Of a stretch of DNA of 64,000 nucleotides, positions 1 through 11,499 are shown one piece after another. Positions within the stretch are counted from its first letter, which is position 1; every line of letters begins with the position of its first letter. The notes below the pieces were generated by a model. It worked only from the letters and a program-made list of their open reading frames with translations, was not told the DNA's origin and did not search any database. Both the position numbers and the translations under genes were made by a program. Source of the stretch: Chiloscyllium plagiosum (lineage: Eukaryota); NCBI RefSeq assembly GCF_004010195.1, contig NC_057753.1, positions 4,414,060-4,478,059 on the forward strand. Direction: 5' to 3'.

Positions 1-438
1 TGTTGTTTCCTCCGGTGTTTATAGTGGTCTTTCCCTGCCGCTTCCGGTTGTCAGTTTCAGCTGTCCTCTTTAGTGGTTGGTATATTGGGTCCAGGTCGAT
101 GTGTTTGTTGATGGAGTTTGTGGATGAATGCCATGCCTCTAGGAATTCCCTGGCTGTTCTCTGTCTGGCTTGCCCTATGATAGTAGTGTTGTCCCAGTCG
201 AATTCATGTTGCTTGTCGTCTGCGTGTGTGGCTACTAGGGATAGCTGGTCGTGTTGTTTCGTGGCTAGTTGATGTTCATGTATGCGGATTGTTAGCTGTC
301 TTCCTGTTTGTCCTATATAGTGTTTTGTGCAGTCTTTGCATGGTATTTTGTACACTACATTAGTTTTGCTCATGTTGGGTATCGGGTCCTTCGTTCTGGT
401 GAGTTGTTGTCTGAGCATGGCTGTTGGTTTGTGTGCCG
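1..438 (-). mobile_element. Penelope-like element 3' fragment encoding a GIY-YIG endonuclease (runs off the window start)
   Basis: Manual minus-strand translation gives ...NVVYKIPCKDCTKHYIGQTGRQLTIRIHEHQ...REFLEAWHS..., homologous to ORF 28935-29387. Confidence 0.85.
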
Positions 439-440
439 TT

Positions 441-600
441 AATGAACACCGGAGGAAACATCAAAGAAGCGCTTCGCAGGAGGCTCCCAAGCACTGATGA
501 TGTCGCCTAGCCAGGGGACGAAACGTTTGCAACAAAAACTTCCAGCTCGGCGAACAGAACCACAACAATGAGCACCCGAGCTACAAATCTTCGCACAAAC
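441..600 (+). mobile_element. Inverted Penelope terminal (pseudo-LTR) segment
   Basis: AACACCGGAGGAAACA at 445-460 is the reverse complement of sequence in the first 20 nt of the window. The segment matches the minus-strand copy at about 58490-58635. Confidence 0.75.
491..530 (+). ncRNA. Minimal hammerhead ribozyme motif in a Penelope end
   Basis: GCA-CTGATGA-T-GTCGCCT-agcc-AGGGGAC-GAAAC-GTT-TGC contains the conserved CUGAUGA and GAAA core, stem II, and a short stem I (GCA/TGC). Confidence 0.6.
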
Positions 601-2044
601 ATATGTAAATGTTTGTAGTACACATTCGAATATCTTGCTGCTGAATATTAATACATTCTTAGATATAAGGTACACCGCTTTAGCTCGAGCAAGTTTAAGC
701 AACAGTGCCCTTATGGCATTAAATGCAAGCCAGCAGAGAGGGATGTGGGCAAAATGTGACTCTAAGTGTTTCTAAGGTGGATACCAGGGACAATATGAAG
801 AGGGAATGGGCAGCGTGGACATAAAGTCAATTGTTAGTGACTGTACCAGTGAACTTGATAACAAGTCTGGGAGGAAATCTCATTGTGGAATCGGACTCAG
901 AAAACACAAACCTCCTTTCTAGTTATCCATAGATTGTGTATGATGTTCAGCTCATTGGTAATAACTAGAGCCTTCTGTCTACAATCTGGCTGGAGGAGCA
1001 AAGGAAGAATTGGAAGACATAGACGAACAGATACAGTGACTGGAAGAGTGGCTGAGATACAGGACAAAGAAAAAAAATCTGAAAATAGGAAGGTGGGATG
1101 GCGGGGTGGGGGTTGCCTGGGTGGAAAAAAAAATGGAAAGCATCAACATCACAGTTCATAGCGCTGATAAGGCACTCATAGGCAACAGTGCATGTAATAT
1201 AACTGGAAAAGTCCTCATCAGAATATATTGAGACAGCCAGGAGACGGTGGTTGAAATCTGCCAATGAAAGAAGGTGAAGATCTCGAAATCCCAGAGTGTG
1301 GAATTATGTGCATAACCTGCTGTGAAGAATCTGGAAGTAGTGCCGTTTTGATTCCTACTTCTGATCTGATATTTTGCCCGTCAACCACCTGTCATTGTTA
1401 GAAAACGCCTTTAATTCTTCTTCCAAGAGCAATGAACAGTGTGCTCTTCTTTGGAAACGTTGGTCCATTTTATCTGTTGGGCTCATCAATTTGCAACCGT
1501 TTCCCTTCGTCTGTTACAGGTCCCGAAATCTGTAGCATTTCGCTTTAGAATGCAAGAAGCCTACTTGGTAGGTTTCGCAATTGCAAAACAAAATCGAATG
1601 GTTAAAATTCCAATTTGTTTAAATAGCAAACATTGTTTTTAGTTGCATTTAAAGGGATTCAACGTAGCCTGTTTTGCGACGCTCATTCTACATATCTCCA
1701 TTGATTCTGTTTAGCAAAATTTCCAAAATACATCCCTGCAGGAGGCGAGCAAAGTGGACGTATGCAGCAGGGAAGCAATACACCAGAACTGTTGTTTGAC
1801 CTCCAATTAATTTCTAGTTTTGCTCCTGTAACTATCTACCGTAAGTTAATTCCTCAACTTATTACTTAACAAAACTAAATTACTGCAAAGTCACTGGTGA
1901 GAATTGCACGTTCATGATAGTGAAAGAGAGAGTTTATTCATTTTCAATAACGTCATTACCATTTGTTGATGTTTCCAATTCATCACTTTCATTAAATTGA
2001 GTTTATCATCCTTGTTAGTAGCAGGGATGACCTCCTATAATAGA

Positions 2045-2390
2045 ATATTATAGATTCCCTACAGTGTGAAAACAGGCCATTTGGCAAAACCATTCCACAC
2101 CGACTCTCCAAAGAGTAACAGAGCCAGATCCATTACTATTTAACACATTTCCCCTGACAAATGCAGCTAACCTTCACTCCCATTAACATTATGGGGAATT
2201 CAGCATGGCCAAATCATCTAACCTGTGCATTTCTGGGCAATGAGAAGAAGCCGCGGTGCCTGGAGGAAACCCACGCAGACAGGGGGAGAATGTGCAAACT
2301 CTACACAGAGAATCAACCGTGGGTAGAACCAAGCCCGGTCACTGGCGCTGTGAGGTTCCAGTATTAACAACTGATCCACCGTGCCATCAC
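2045..2390 (-). mobile_element. HE1/V-type tRNA-derived SINE (diverged)
   Basis: Contains GGAGGAAACCCACGCAGACAGGGGGAGAATGTGCAAACT (reverse complement of the V-domain) and a CR1-like tail. Confidence 0.8.
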
Positions 2391-2756
2391 TAATTGCGAA
2401 TAGAAAGGCAAGGAGGGAATCTAATATAATTTTTGTTTGTATTTGTCTGCCAACATTTCTTCAGTTTGTTGATGTTTGGGTGTAGTCCTGTCGCTCTGGG
2501 ATGGTTGTATTGAATTTTGGTATGAAAGTGCATCTTTTTTATTTCAAAGCTCATTATAACACTGAAGATTAAAACAGCACGCAGGCAAGGTTCTAAATTT
2601 CTATATTTTCGTTATTGCTTGTTTTGTATGACAAATCAGATTGGCTTAGCTATTACCTCATGAGACTAAATGTTGTGGGCTCAGGGTTTGTATTAGGATT
2701 GATTCAATATGCAGACGTAAAGTCGGAATTAAATGGGAAGAGCTTGCAGAAATGGC

Positions 2757-4225
2757 CTCGAATCATAGAGAGATGCAGCATGAAAACGAACCTTTTGGTC
2801 CAACTCGTCCATGCCGTCCAGATATTCTAACCTGATCTAGTCCCATTTGCCATCACTTGGTGCATATCTCTCTACACCCTTCATATTCATATACCCATCC
2901 AGATGCCTTTGAAATGCTGTAATTCTACCAGCATTCAGCACTTCCGCTGGCAGCTCATACATGCAGCACCCTCTGCGTGAAAAAAATACCCTTTTTATAT
3001 CTTTCCCTCTCACCTTCAACCTATGCCCTCGACTCACCCACTCCAGGGAAAAGACCTTGTCTGTTTATCCCATCCATGCCCTCCATGATTTTATAAACAT
3101 CGGCATGGTCACCCCTCAGCTTCAGATACTACAGGGAAAACAACCGAGCGTATTCAGCCTCTCCCTTTAGCTCAAATCATCCAACTCTGGCAAAATCCTT
3201 GTCAATCTTTTCTGGACCCTTCCAAGTTTCACAACATCCTTTCAATAGGAAGCAGACCAGAATTGAATGCAATATTCCAAGAGCAGCCTAAACAATGTCT
3301 TATACAGCTGTATCATGACCTCCCAACTGCTGTTCTCAATAATCTGACCATTAATGGAAAGCATACCAAATGCCTTCTTCACTATCCTTTCTACCTGGGA
3401 TTCTACTTTCAAGGACCTCTGAACCTGCACTCCATGGTCTCTTTGTTCAGCAAAACTCCCTAGGATTTTAATACCAAGTTTATAAGTTCTGCTAAGATTT
3501 GCTTTTCCAAAATGCAGCATGTCACATTTATCTAAATTAAACTACGTCTGCCACTTCTCAGCCTATTGGCCCAACTGATCAAGATCCAATTGTAGTCTGA
3601 GGTAAGTCTCTTCACTATCCACTACATCTCCAATGTTGGTGTCATCTGCAAACTTACTAACTATACCTCCTATGTTCACATATATATCATTTACATAAAT
3701 GACGAAAAGCAGTGGATCCAGCACCGATCCTTGTGGTGCACCACTTGTCAGAGACCTCCAGTCTGAAAAACAACTCTCCACCACCACCCTCTTTCTTCTA
3801 CCTTTGAACCAGTTCTGTATCCAAATGGCTGTTCTCCCGATATCATGAGATCTTACCTTGCTAACCAGTCTCCCATCAGGAACCTTGTCGAACACCTTAT
3901 TGAAATGTATACAGATCACGTTTACTGTTCTGTTCTCATCAATCCTCTTTGTCACTTCGTCAAAAACTCAATCACGTTCGTGAGACATGACCTCCCACCT
4001 CCAAAGCCATGTTGACTGTCCCTAATCAGTCCTTGCCTTTCCAATTACATGTAAATCCTATCCCTCAGGATTCCCTCCAACAACGTGCCCACCATCGATA
4101 TCAGGCTCAACGGTCTACAGTTCCCTGGCTTTTCCTCACCAACTTTCTGAAGTAGTGACGTCCCGTTAGGCACTCTCCAGTCTTCCGGCACTTCACTAGT
4201 GACTATTGATGAGGCAGATACCTCA
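2757..4225 (-). mobile_element. 5'-truncated, degraded CR1 LINE (RT and 3' end)
   Basis: Fragment ORFs contain FNKVFDKVP, SGAPQGSVLDPLLF, SKFADDT and LEYCIQFWS, interrupted by stops and frameshifts. Confidence 0.9.
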
Positions 4226-4364
4226 TAAAGGGGCATTGTTTTTAACGTCAAAGAGTACCAATGCCTTCAAAATATGTATGTGGGATTGTAAGACATGCAT
4301 GAGTAGGATTAGGTTATTGAAATATAGAATGTAACATAGAATTATAATTTTATTTTACTCTGCA

Positions 4365-5272
4365 TCATTCAAACAGTTTGGCAATTAAATTGTATGGATA
4401 CATAAATCCATTCCTTAACTCCTTTCTGAATTTACTCTGGGTTCCTGCATAAATAAATGGGTTTATACAGGAACTCAAAAGTTGAAGCATGTATCCAACT
4501 TCCTCCAGACTAAATGTAGCCTCACTAGTATCAGAACCTGTGTAATAAGAAACATTAACAATTCGTACGTAAACTATGGTCATGAAATACAACGAGTACA
4601 ACAGGATGAAACTGCCAGAGATGGCAAAGAGTAATATAATAGATTTTCTCCGCCTCTCCATCTCTGGGTCAGCGAGTTTGCCTCCATTACTTGAAGTCTG
4701 GAGTCTCCTGCGTGCTCTGTTCGCGACAAGAATGTGCCTGATTGTCAGAGCATTGAGCAGCAAAATCAAAATGAATGGAACACAAGGAGTCAAAATTACA
4801 AGAAGCCAGTCATATGTGGCCCATGCAGGTGATGTATAGTATGTTAATTTTATTCTACAGAACCAGGCAACATTTTTAATGATGTACAAAGGCTCAAATA
4901 TAAAATACAAAAATGAATTTCTTATACAGCTTAATGTACAGATTGTTCCTATTACCCATCTTGCTGTTTTCTTTGTACAGTACCGTGATTTCAGCTTTGA
5001 ACAACAGATGGCCACAAATCGATCGAATGTAAAAGCGACCGTTAACCAGGCAGAACTGTCAATAGCTGCATATATTGCAGCAATACGAAGGCTGCATATT
5101 GGTGTGATGTTAAAATGACTCAATGGGAAATAAATTCCAGTGATCCGGTTCAATATTACAGCAGTGACAATGAGCAAGAGGTCTGTGATTGCCATACACA
5201 CCAGGTAATAAATGATACATCTGGACAGACCGCACCTGTTTCGACACAGAATCACAACAACTGCAAAATTCG
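4365..5272 (-). CDS. GPR139/GPR142-like class A GPCR paralog A, coding exon 2 (joined CDS 8824-8755 plus 5272-4365, 325 aa)
   Basis: The 7TM motifs are MAITDLL, TPICS, FTFDRFVAIC, WFC, TPCVPF, CINPFIY and helix 8 KFRKEL. Acceptor ttacag|CG gives phase 1. TGA stop at 4365-4367. Confidence 0.92.
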
Positions 5273-5644
5273 CTGTAAGAAATACAAAGAAAAGAGCCCA
5301 TTAGAAAGTAATGTGCAATATTTGTTTATGAAAGTGCAGAAGCAAATGCAGAAAAAAAACACTGTGTAAGTTCTAACAAAAGAAGATAACCCTTTATAGG
5401 ATTTGATTGAAGTCTTCTCCGAGAGTTTGAAAGATCCACTTTTGCTTTAGACGTTTGTTTCTCTGTTTATAATCACATTGAAATGAATGTATGATACTTC
5501 AATGAAATTAAACCGAACAATAGCCAATGATAATTCTAAACAGCTTGAAATCATTGCTGGAACATCAAATCAATGACGCATCCTATTTGTGGTTGTAATT
5601 TCTTTCAATATCATTCGTTGAGCAGTTTATACAAAAGCTTAAAC

Positions 5645-5870
5645 ATATGTACCAACGCATTCAAGAATCGCTTCCTCCCCTACTGTTATTAGACTTCTGA
5701 ACGGACCACTTAAATTTTAAATGTAATGTTGATTTCCTCATTGTGCACCTTCTCGGCAGTCATAACTTTGCATTCCTCACGCTGTTTTGCTACCTGAATG
5801 CCGTTTGTATAATGAGTTGCCTGCACCATAGGCAAAAAAAAAAATCTTTTCACTGTCTAGGTGGATATAA
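5645..5870 (+). mobile_element. Probable Rex1/Babar-type LINE 3' end
   Basis: ACCAACGCATTCAAGAATCGCTTCCTCCCCTACTGTTATTAGACTTCTGAACGG resembles the RFKNSFFP.AIRLLN C-terminal coding tail of that clade (recognised by eye). Confidence 0.45.
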
Positions 5871-6069
5871 ATCAAAATCTGCGAGAAAATAATGGATCCG
5901 AAAGTGATGACGGAAATTAATGCAAATGAAAAACAATAATACAGTATGTAAGTGAGGAAGCCAACAACTATGGTTAATACTTCGCTGAGGTAAGAACATG
6001 CCCTCATTCTTTAATAATTTGGAACAATTACTACATTTTAGAAAATTATGCAGTCACTTTGCTTTAAAG

Positions 6070-6330
6070 AATTCCTACAATGTGTAAGTAGGCCATTCAA
6101 CCCGTCGAGTCCACACCAACTTTCTGAAGAAGATCACTTTCAGACACACCCCACAATCTTAACGCTTTAACCCATCATTTCACATGACTAATCTACCCAG
6201 CCTGCTATTCCTGGACCGTGGGACTAAACTAGAGTAGCAGAGGAAACCCACACACACACACCGGGAGAATGCGAAAACTCCATACAAACTGTCGCCTGAG
6301 GGTGAAATCGAAGCCTGCCGCCGCTAGGTC
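6070..6330 (-). mobile_element. Degraded HE1-type SINE in the intron of paralog A
   Basis: Contains GAGGAAACCCAC...GGGAGAATGCGAAAACTCCATAC (V-domain, reverse complement). Confidence 0.65.
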
Positions 6331-6489
6331 GCAATGTTTTTGTTCAAAAAATCTCATCTTCGTGGGGAATTGAACAATAGTCTCTCCTAACAGAATGTTT
6401 GATATCACTCTTCTGTTGATCATTTGAATTTTTGTCCTTGCTGTGACTAAATTTAAAAAGAAACGAGGAAACTTGTTCGAAGAAAGGAT

Positions 6490-7505
6490 CCCATGGAAAG
6501 TGAAAACCTCACAAGGATTGGTTCTGTGTCCACTGTTTTCCGTCATTTACATAAATGGTTTAGATGTGAATATAGAAGGCACGATTAGTCTGTTTTCAGA
6601 TGGCACCAATATAGGTAGTGCAGTGGACAGTGAAAAAGGTTATCTCAGAGTACAATGACACCTTTATCTGATGACCAATGTGCCGAGGAGTGGCAAGTGG
6701 AGATACGTTTAGATAAATGTCAGATGTTGCGTTTAGGTAAGGCAAAGCAGGGAAGGACTTTCAGAGTTAATTATAGATTCTCAGGGACAGTTGCAGAACA
6801 AAGGGTCCAGGAGGTTAATATACATAGCTCGTTGAAAGTGGAGTCACAAGTAGACAGGTTGGTGAAGAATTTATGTCGCACACTTTCCTTCATTGGTGAG
6901 AATATTGAGTAGAGGAACTGAGACGTCATTTTGCAGTTGAACAGGGCAATGTTGAGGCCATTTTAAAAAGACTGTACAATTCTGGTCAGCTCTCTATAGT
7001 AATGATGCTGTTAAAATTGAGAGGGGTGCAGAAAAGTTTTAAAAGTTGTTATTCTAGTGGGAAGATATGATTTATACGCAGGACCTGAGCAGGATGAACT
7101 TTTTCCCCTGGAGAGTCGGAGGTTCTGAGGTGACTTTACAGATTTTATATAATATCGGGAGGGGCATGGAAAAGGTGAAGTGCCAGTCTCCTATAGTGGT
7201 CCACTCTAGTCCAAAACAAGTGTGCATAGGTTTACGCTCAATGGGAAAGGGTTTTTTAAAAAGGACCTGAGTAGTTACTTTTTCATATTCAGTGTGGTCC
7301 GTGTATCGAGCGAGCTGCCAGAAGAAGTGCTGAAGGCAAGGAAATTACAACATTTAAAAGGCATCTGGAAGGGCATATGAGATAGAAAGGTTCAGAGAGA
7401 TATGACCAAACGTTAGCAAATAGTTTGAAGTCAGGATGGGATAACTGTTGGTGCGGACGTGTTAGTCCAAAATGTCTGTTTGAATGCTTTATGCCTCTAT
7501 GACTC
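6490..7505 (+). mobile_element. Degraded CR1 3' fragment in the intron of paralog A
   Basis: Remnants QGLVLCPLFSVIYIN, LFSDGT and SLKVESQVDR, followed by a CR1-type 3' UTR. Confidence 0.85.
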
Positions 7506-8754
7506 CTCATTATTGCTCAGAACTGTGACCAGTGACAATGAACCTCGACAAACACTAGAGGCTTACTCAAGAACTTTTGACTCAGATGCCACATTGAACA
7601 AAAAATATGCAGGACCGGTACAATGTCGAGAAACTAACACTGGACAAAAAGGAATTAAATGCAAAATATCTGACAACAGAAATCTCTGTGGAATAGTCAA
7701 CGGCAACTCATCGGAGGGCAAGTATTCTGTGAATTGGACAATGACACATACATGATCACAGCATAGTCAGAAAAGTTAGTATTAGGGAAATGCGTAACGA
7801 GAAGTTAAAATTGTAGATGTATGGGTGTAAGGGAGAGAGAGTGGAAGTGGAAAGGAAAATTCATGGTTGGCTCCCAGCAGGGGTATCCTTTATAAATAAT
7901 CTTTGTGAGTATCAGAACGTTGAGCTTCCATCTTGCATTAAAAATTCATGCTTCCACTAAAAATTTCCTTCTCTGTTCATAACGATCTATCAGTTAGAAG
8001 TAAGGTTCAGCAACGTAATGAGACCCAACAATGATCATTAACACATTGTAAGTAGTTCAGAATCAACATTGGCTTGGGAGCATCAGGAACTGAGAGCAGA
8101 AATTCTGCAACGTGTAATTCTACAGGCAATGGAGTTCACTTCTAAAATTGTCATGAGAAATGGTTTTCAATCGAACACTCAACGTTAAAGAGTATCCATT
8201 AGATATATTAGTTCAGTGGTTCATTTCAGAAATTAGCCAGTCTTTCATATTGCTAGATCAATCAATTGTTTGTGAAAATTAATTTCATCACGAAAGTCAA
8301 TCACACAGTAGCATCATTGTGATTACAATGAGAAAGTTCCAAATAGTAATTGCCAATAGTTATTTGGAACAATATTTACATTGCATCTATAGTTCAAATT
8401 CATTCGCAGAAACATCATTTATAAAAACTAACTAACACTTGGCTTTCAATGTTGAAATTCATCAAACGTGACGACGGTAATGACATTTCACTTACCTTTT
8501 TACAACATCCTACAATGTCACCGTAGAACCCCAGTACAGGTATCGCAATAAAACAGCAATTCCGATCTGATTATATCATTTTCAGAGACCCACACTTTTA
8601 TTAAGAACAAGAATTACAATTGGATTGAAATCGAGCACCCGTGGAAAATTTGCTGTTAAATGATAGCTGTCGTTCAGATAAGGAGACCATGCAGGTAATT
8701 TGAAACGTTCGTTCAGTTCATCATGATTGCCTTCAAACTAACTGAATACATTAC

Positions 8755-8824
8755 CTAGAACTCCGATAGCAGCAATAGTGGGATAGTAAATGGCAAACAC
8801 CAGACCTTTTGGTATTCCATGCAT
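8755..8824 (-). CDS. GPCR paralog A coding exon 1 (MHGIPKGLVFAIYYPTIAAIGVL)
   Basis: 70 nt from ATG to donor G|GTAAT. It is homologous to the other two first exons and its phase matches exon 2. Confidence 0.88.
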
Positions 8825-8876
8825 ATCTATCAGCAGATCTGAGTAGGTGCTGTAATGCATAGAAGGAAAGTCACAC

Positions 8877-8980
8877 TTATACATGATTCAAGGCTCTAGA
8901 GGCACAATTAACCTGTTTGATTTTGTTTAAAAAAAAACGATATACACTAATCGAAACAGAAGGTACCGCCACCCCTGGGG
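8877..8980 (-). promoter_or_regulatory. Paralog A proximal promoter: TATA-like box, O/E(EBF)-like sites and homeodomain site
   Basis: TATAA (minus strand, 8877-8881), CTCTAGAG (8894-8901), CAATTA (8905-8910), and a second site CCCCTGGGG (8972-8980). The first three are positionally conserved in all three paralogs. Confidence 0.6.
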
Positions 8981-9639
8981 TCATGTTTATACTTTGATGG
9001 AGCAGCAAGCTCTTTGAAATATGTGGAACCAAAATGAAATCCAACAGACTGCACTAAGGTTTAAGTTACATTTTCTCCCTAGAGCAGCACTGGAGCAGAA
9101 GCAGGCCATTCAGCCCCACGATCACGTTCCGCCATTCAATGCAATCATCATTGATTGTTGACCTAACTCCATATACCTGTCTTTGGGCCACATCCTTTAC
9201 TACATTTGCTTAACAAAATAAAGCTATTAGTCCAGTGATTTCAGTTCTTCACACAATTATGCACGCAGTGTAACGAAGAAGAAGTATACCAATGATTGTT
9301 ATTTAAACAAAATTAATTTAGAAGCATAACTATCCATCAATCTGTAACAATGAAGAAGATAATTTAGGATATGCCCTCTTGCATGATTTAATTTAGTTAA
9401 TTTCCTCTTAGATGATAATATACAAGAGCAGCAATCGGTTCTTCAACCCATGGAGTCTGCTGTCCATCTTTCAACATGGTTATAGCTGATCTGATAATTT
9501 CTAACTGAACTTTCAAGCATTCTCAATATAACCATTGATTTTTTTTGCATGACTAAAACTCTATTTCCGCATGGAATATTCTCATTGATCCAACATTGAC
9601 AGCCCTGTTCACGCAATAATTTCTCCAGTCCATTATGCC

Positions 9640-10745
9640 CTGGGATTGATGGGTCATTGACAGCACTGATTAGAAATTGACTAAAAATATAGCAAGCAGA
9701 AGGTTTAAGGAGATGGAAAGTTTTCAGAGATAAGCTGCAAGTGGTATTCCTCGGGATCGGTTTTGGGTCCTTGTTTTTCTTTATTTTCAGATCATTATAA
9801 ATGTGTTGGAGATGGGTCCTTGTTTTTCTTTATTTTCAGATCATTATAAATGTGTTGGAGATGGGTGTTGAGGGTAAATGTTCCAGCTTTTACAGATTAT
9901 ACTAAAGTAGGGAGAAGAACTAATTATGAGGATGACGCTCAGCAACCTCAGAGGGACATTCACAAGTTCGTCAAGTGGGAAGATACCTAGCAGATGAACT
10001 TCAACACGAAGAAATGCATTTTTGTAGAAAAACAGCCACGAACAGACAGTACGGGCTCAATGATGCATAAGAAACTCGAAGTTCAAGTGCATAATGGTTT
10101 GAAGGGAGTTTGGATAGATGCAACCGCTGTTAAGGAGGCTTGAAATGACTCCTGGGTTTCTAAATAGAGGCAAAGAGCATAAACGTCATGCTACAAGTTT
10201 ACAAATTATTGGTCAGACCGCATTTGGTTGCAGTATTGATGCCTTACTTAAGGACCTTCAATCGCTGGAGACAGTGCAAAGGAGACTTACTGGAATGACG
10301 TCAGGCATGAGGTAATTTAGATGCAATGGAAGAGATATTGGAGTCATTTTCCTTGCAGTACGAGAAGATTAAGAGGTGGCCTCATTGAGGTGCTCAAAAT
10401 TATGAACGAGTTTTGACTGTGGATTTTCTATTTCTGCTAGTTACTACCTCAGTAATTGGGGTGACAAAATCATGGCAGTCAGCAAGAGAGCTAGGAGTGA
10501 AATGAAGAGAAATGTTTTACTCACAGATTTGCTCACAGTTGGAATTCACTACCTGACAAGTTGTTGAGGTGGATTCTGTATGAGATTTTAAAAGGGAACT
10601 GGACATATATCGCAAAATAATGAATTTAGGTATCGACTGAGGCAGGGATGGAGAATGGAATAAGATGTGTAGATCTTTCTGAAAGCAGTACATACATGAT
10701 GTTTCGAATGGCCTCATTGTGTATTGTAATATTCTGTATTCTAAC
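9640..10745 (+). mobile_element. Old degraded CR1 fragment
   Basis: Contains AGTGGTATTCCTCGGGATCGGTTTTGGGTCC ([12 protein letters not shown]), an LETVQRRLT remnant and a CR1-type 3' end. Confidence 0.7.
9764..9866. repeat. Perfect 49-bp tandem duplication
   Basis: TGGGTCCTTGTTTTTCTTTATTTTCAGATCATTATAAATGTGTTGGAGA occurs at 9764 and again at 9813. Confidence 0.95.
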
Positions 10746-10960
10746 AATTCCTCATCTGCTATGTCTTAAATCGGTGAATAGCAGTTTCTACCACGTGAAG
10801 CTGGAATATGAGAAGTTTTGAAATCTGAAAAGCAGATGGAATCTCCATTGACGAGAGTGCACCTCTCTCCCAAGGAAGTGAGTGACAACGTGCTAATTCG
10901 ACCAAGGAGACTGTTAGAGTAAGCGTGCCAGAAATAGTGTTCCACGTTACCCAAAAAATA

Positions 10961-11178
10961 GATTAGATTAGATTACAGTGTGGAAACAGGCCCTTCGGTC
11001 CAACAAGTCCACACCGACCCGCCGAAACGAAACCCACCCATACATTTACCCCTTACCTAACACTACGGGCAATTTAGTATGGCCACTTCACCTGACCCTG
11101 CACATCTTTGGACTGTGGGAGGAAACCCACGCAGACACGGGGAGAACGTGCAAACTCTACACAGTCAGTCGCCTGAGG
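10961..11178 (-). mobile_element. HE1-type SINE (5'-truncated)
   Basis: (GATTA)n tail, GGAAACAGGCCCTTCGG and the V-domain in reverse complement. Confidence 0.9.
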
Positions 11179-11451
11179 GCAGCACTGTGGCACAGTGGTT
11201 AGCACTGCTGCCTCACAGCACCAGAGACCCGGGTTCAATTCCCACCTCAGGCAAGTGACTGTGTGAAGTTTGCGCATTCTCCCCGTGTCTGTTTGGGTTT
11301 CCTCCCACAGTCCAAAAAATGCGCAGGTTAGGTGAATTAGCCATGGTAAATTGCCCATAGTATCAGGTGTAGGGAAATGGGTCTGGGCGGGTTGAGGGTC
11401 GATGTGGACTTGTTGGGCCGAAGGGCCTGTTTCCACACTGTAAGTAATCTA
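11178..11451 (+). mobile_element. HE1-type SINE
   Basis: A-box TGGCACAGTGG, B-box GGTTCAATTCC, V-domain, and tail GGGCCGAAGGGCCTGTTTCC. Confidence 0.92.
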
Positions 11452-11499
11452 AAAAGAAAATGCATTGCTTCTGTTGGCATAACCCAGCACTAACACTCC

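Noticed and set aside
4349..4354. AATAAA on the minus strand about 10 nt after the stop of paralog A
   Set aside because: It lies in an AT-rich context and is not seen at the same position in B or C, so it cannot be supported without 3'-end data.
4576..5369. Plus-strand ORFs overlapping the GPCR exon (likewise 40774-41010)
   Set aside because: They are antisense shadows of the coding exons with no recognisable motifs.
11178..11250. tRNA-like sequences with A and B boxes
   Set aside because: They are heads of HE1 SINEs followed by the V-domain, not tRNA genes.
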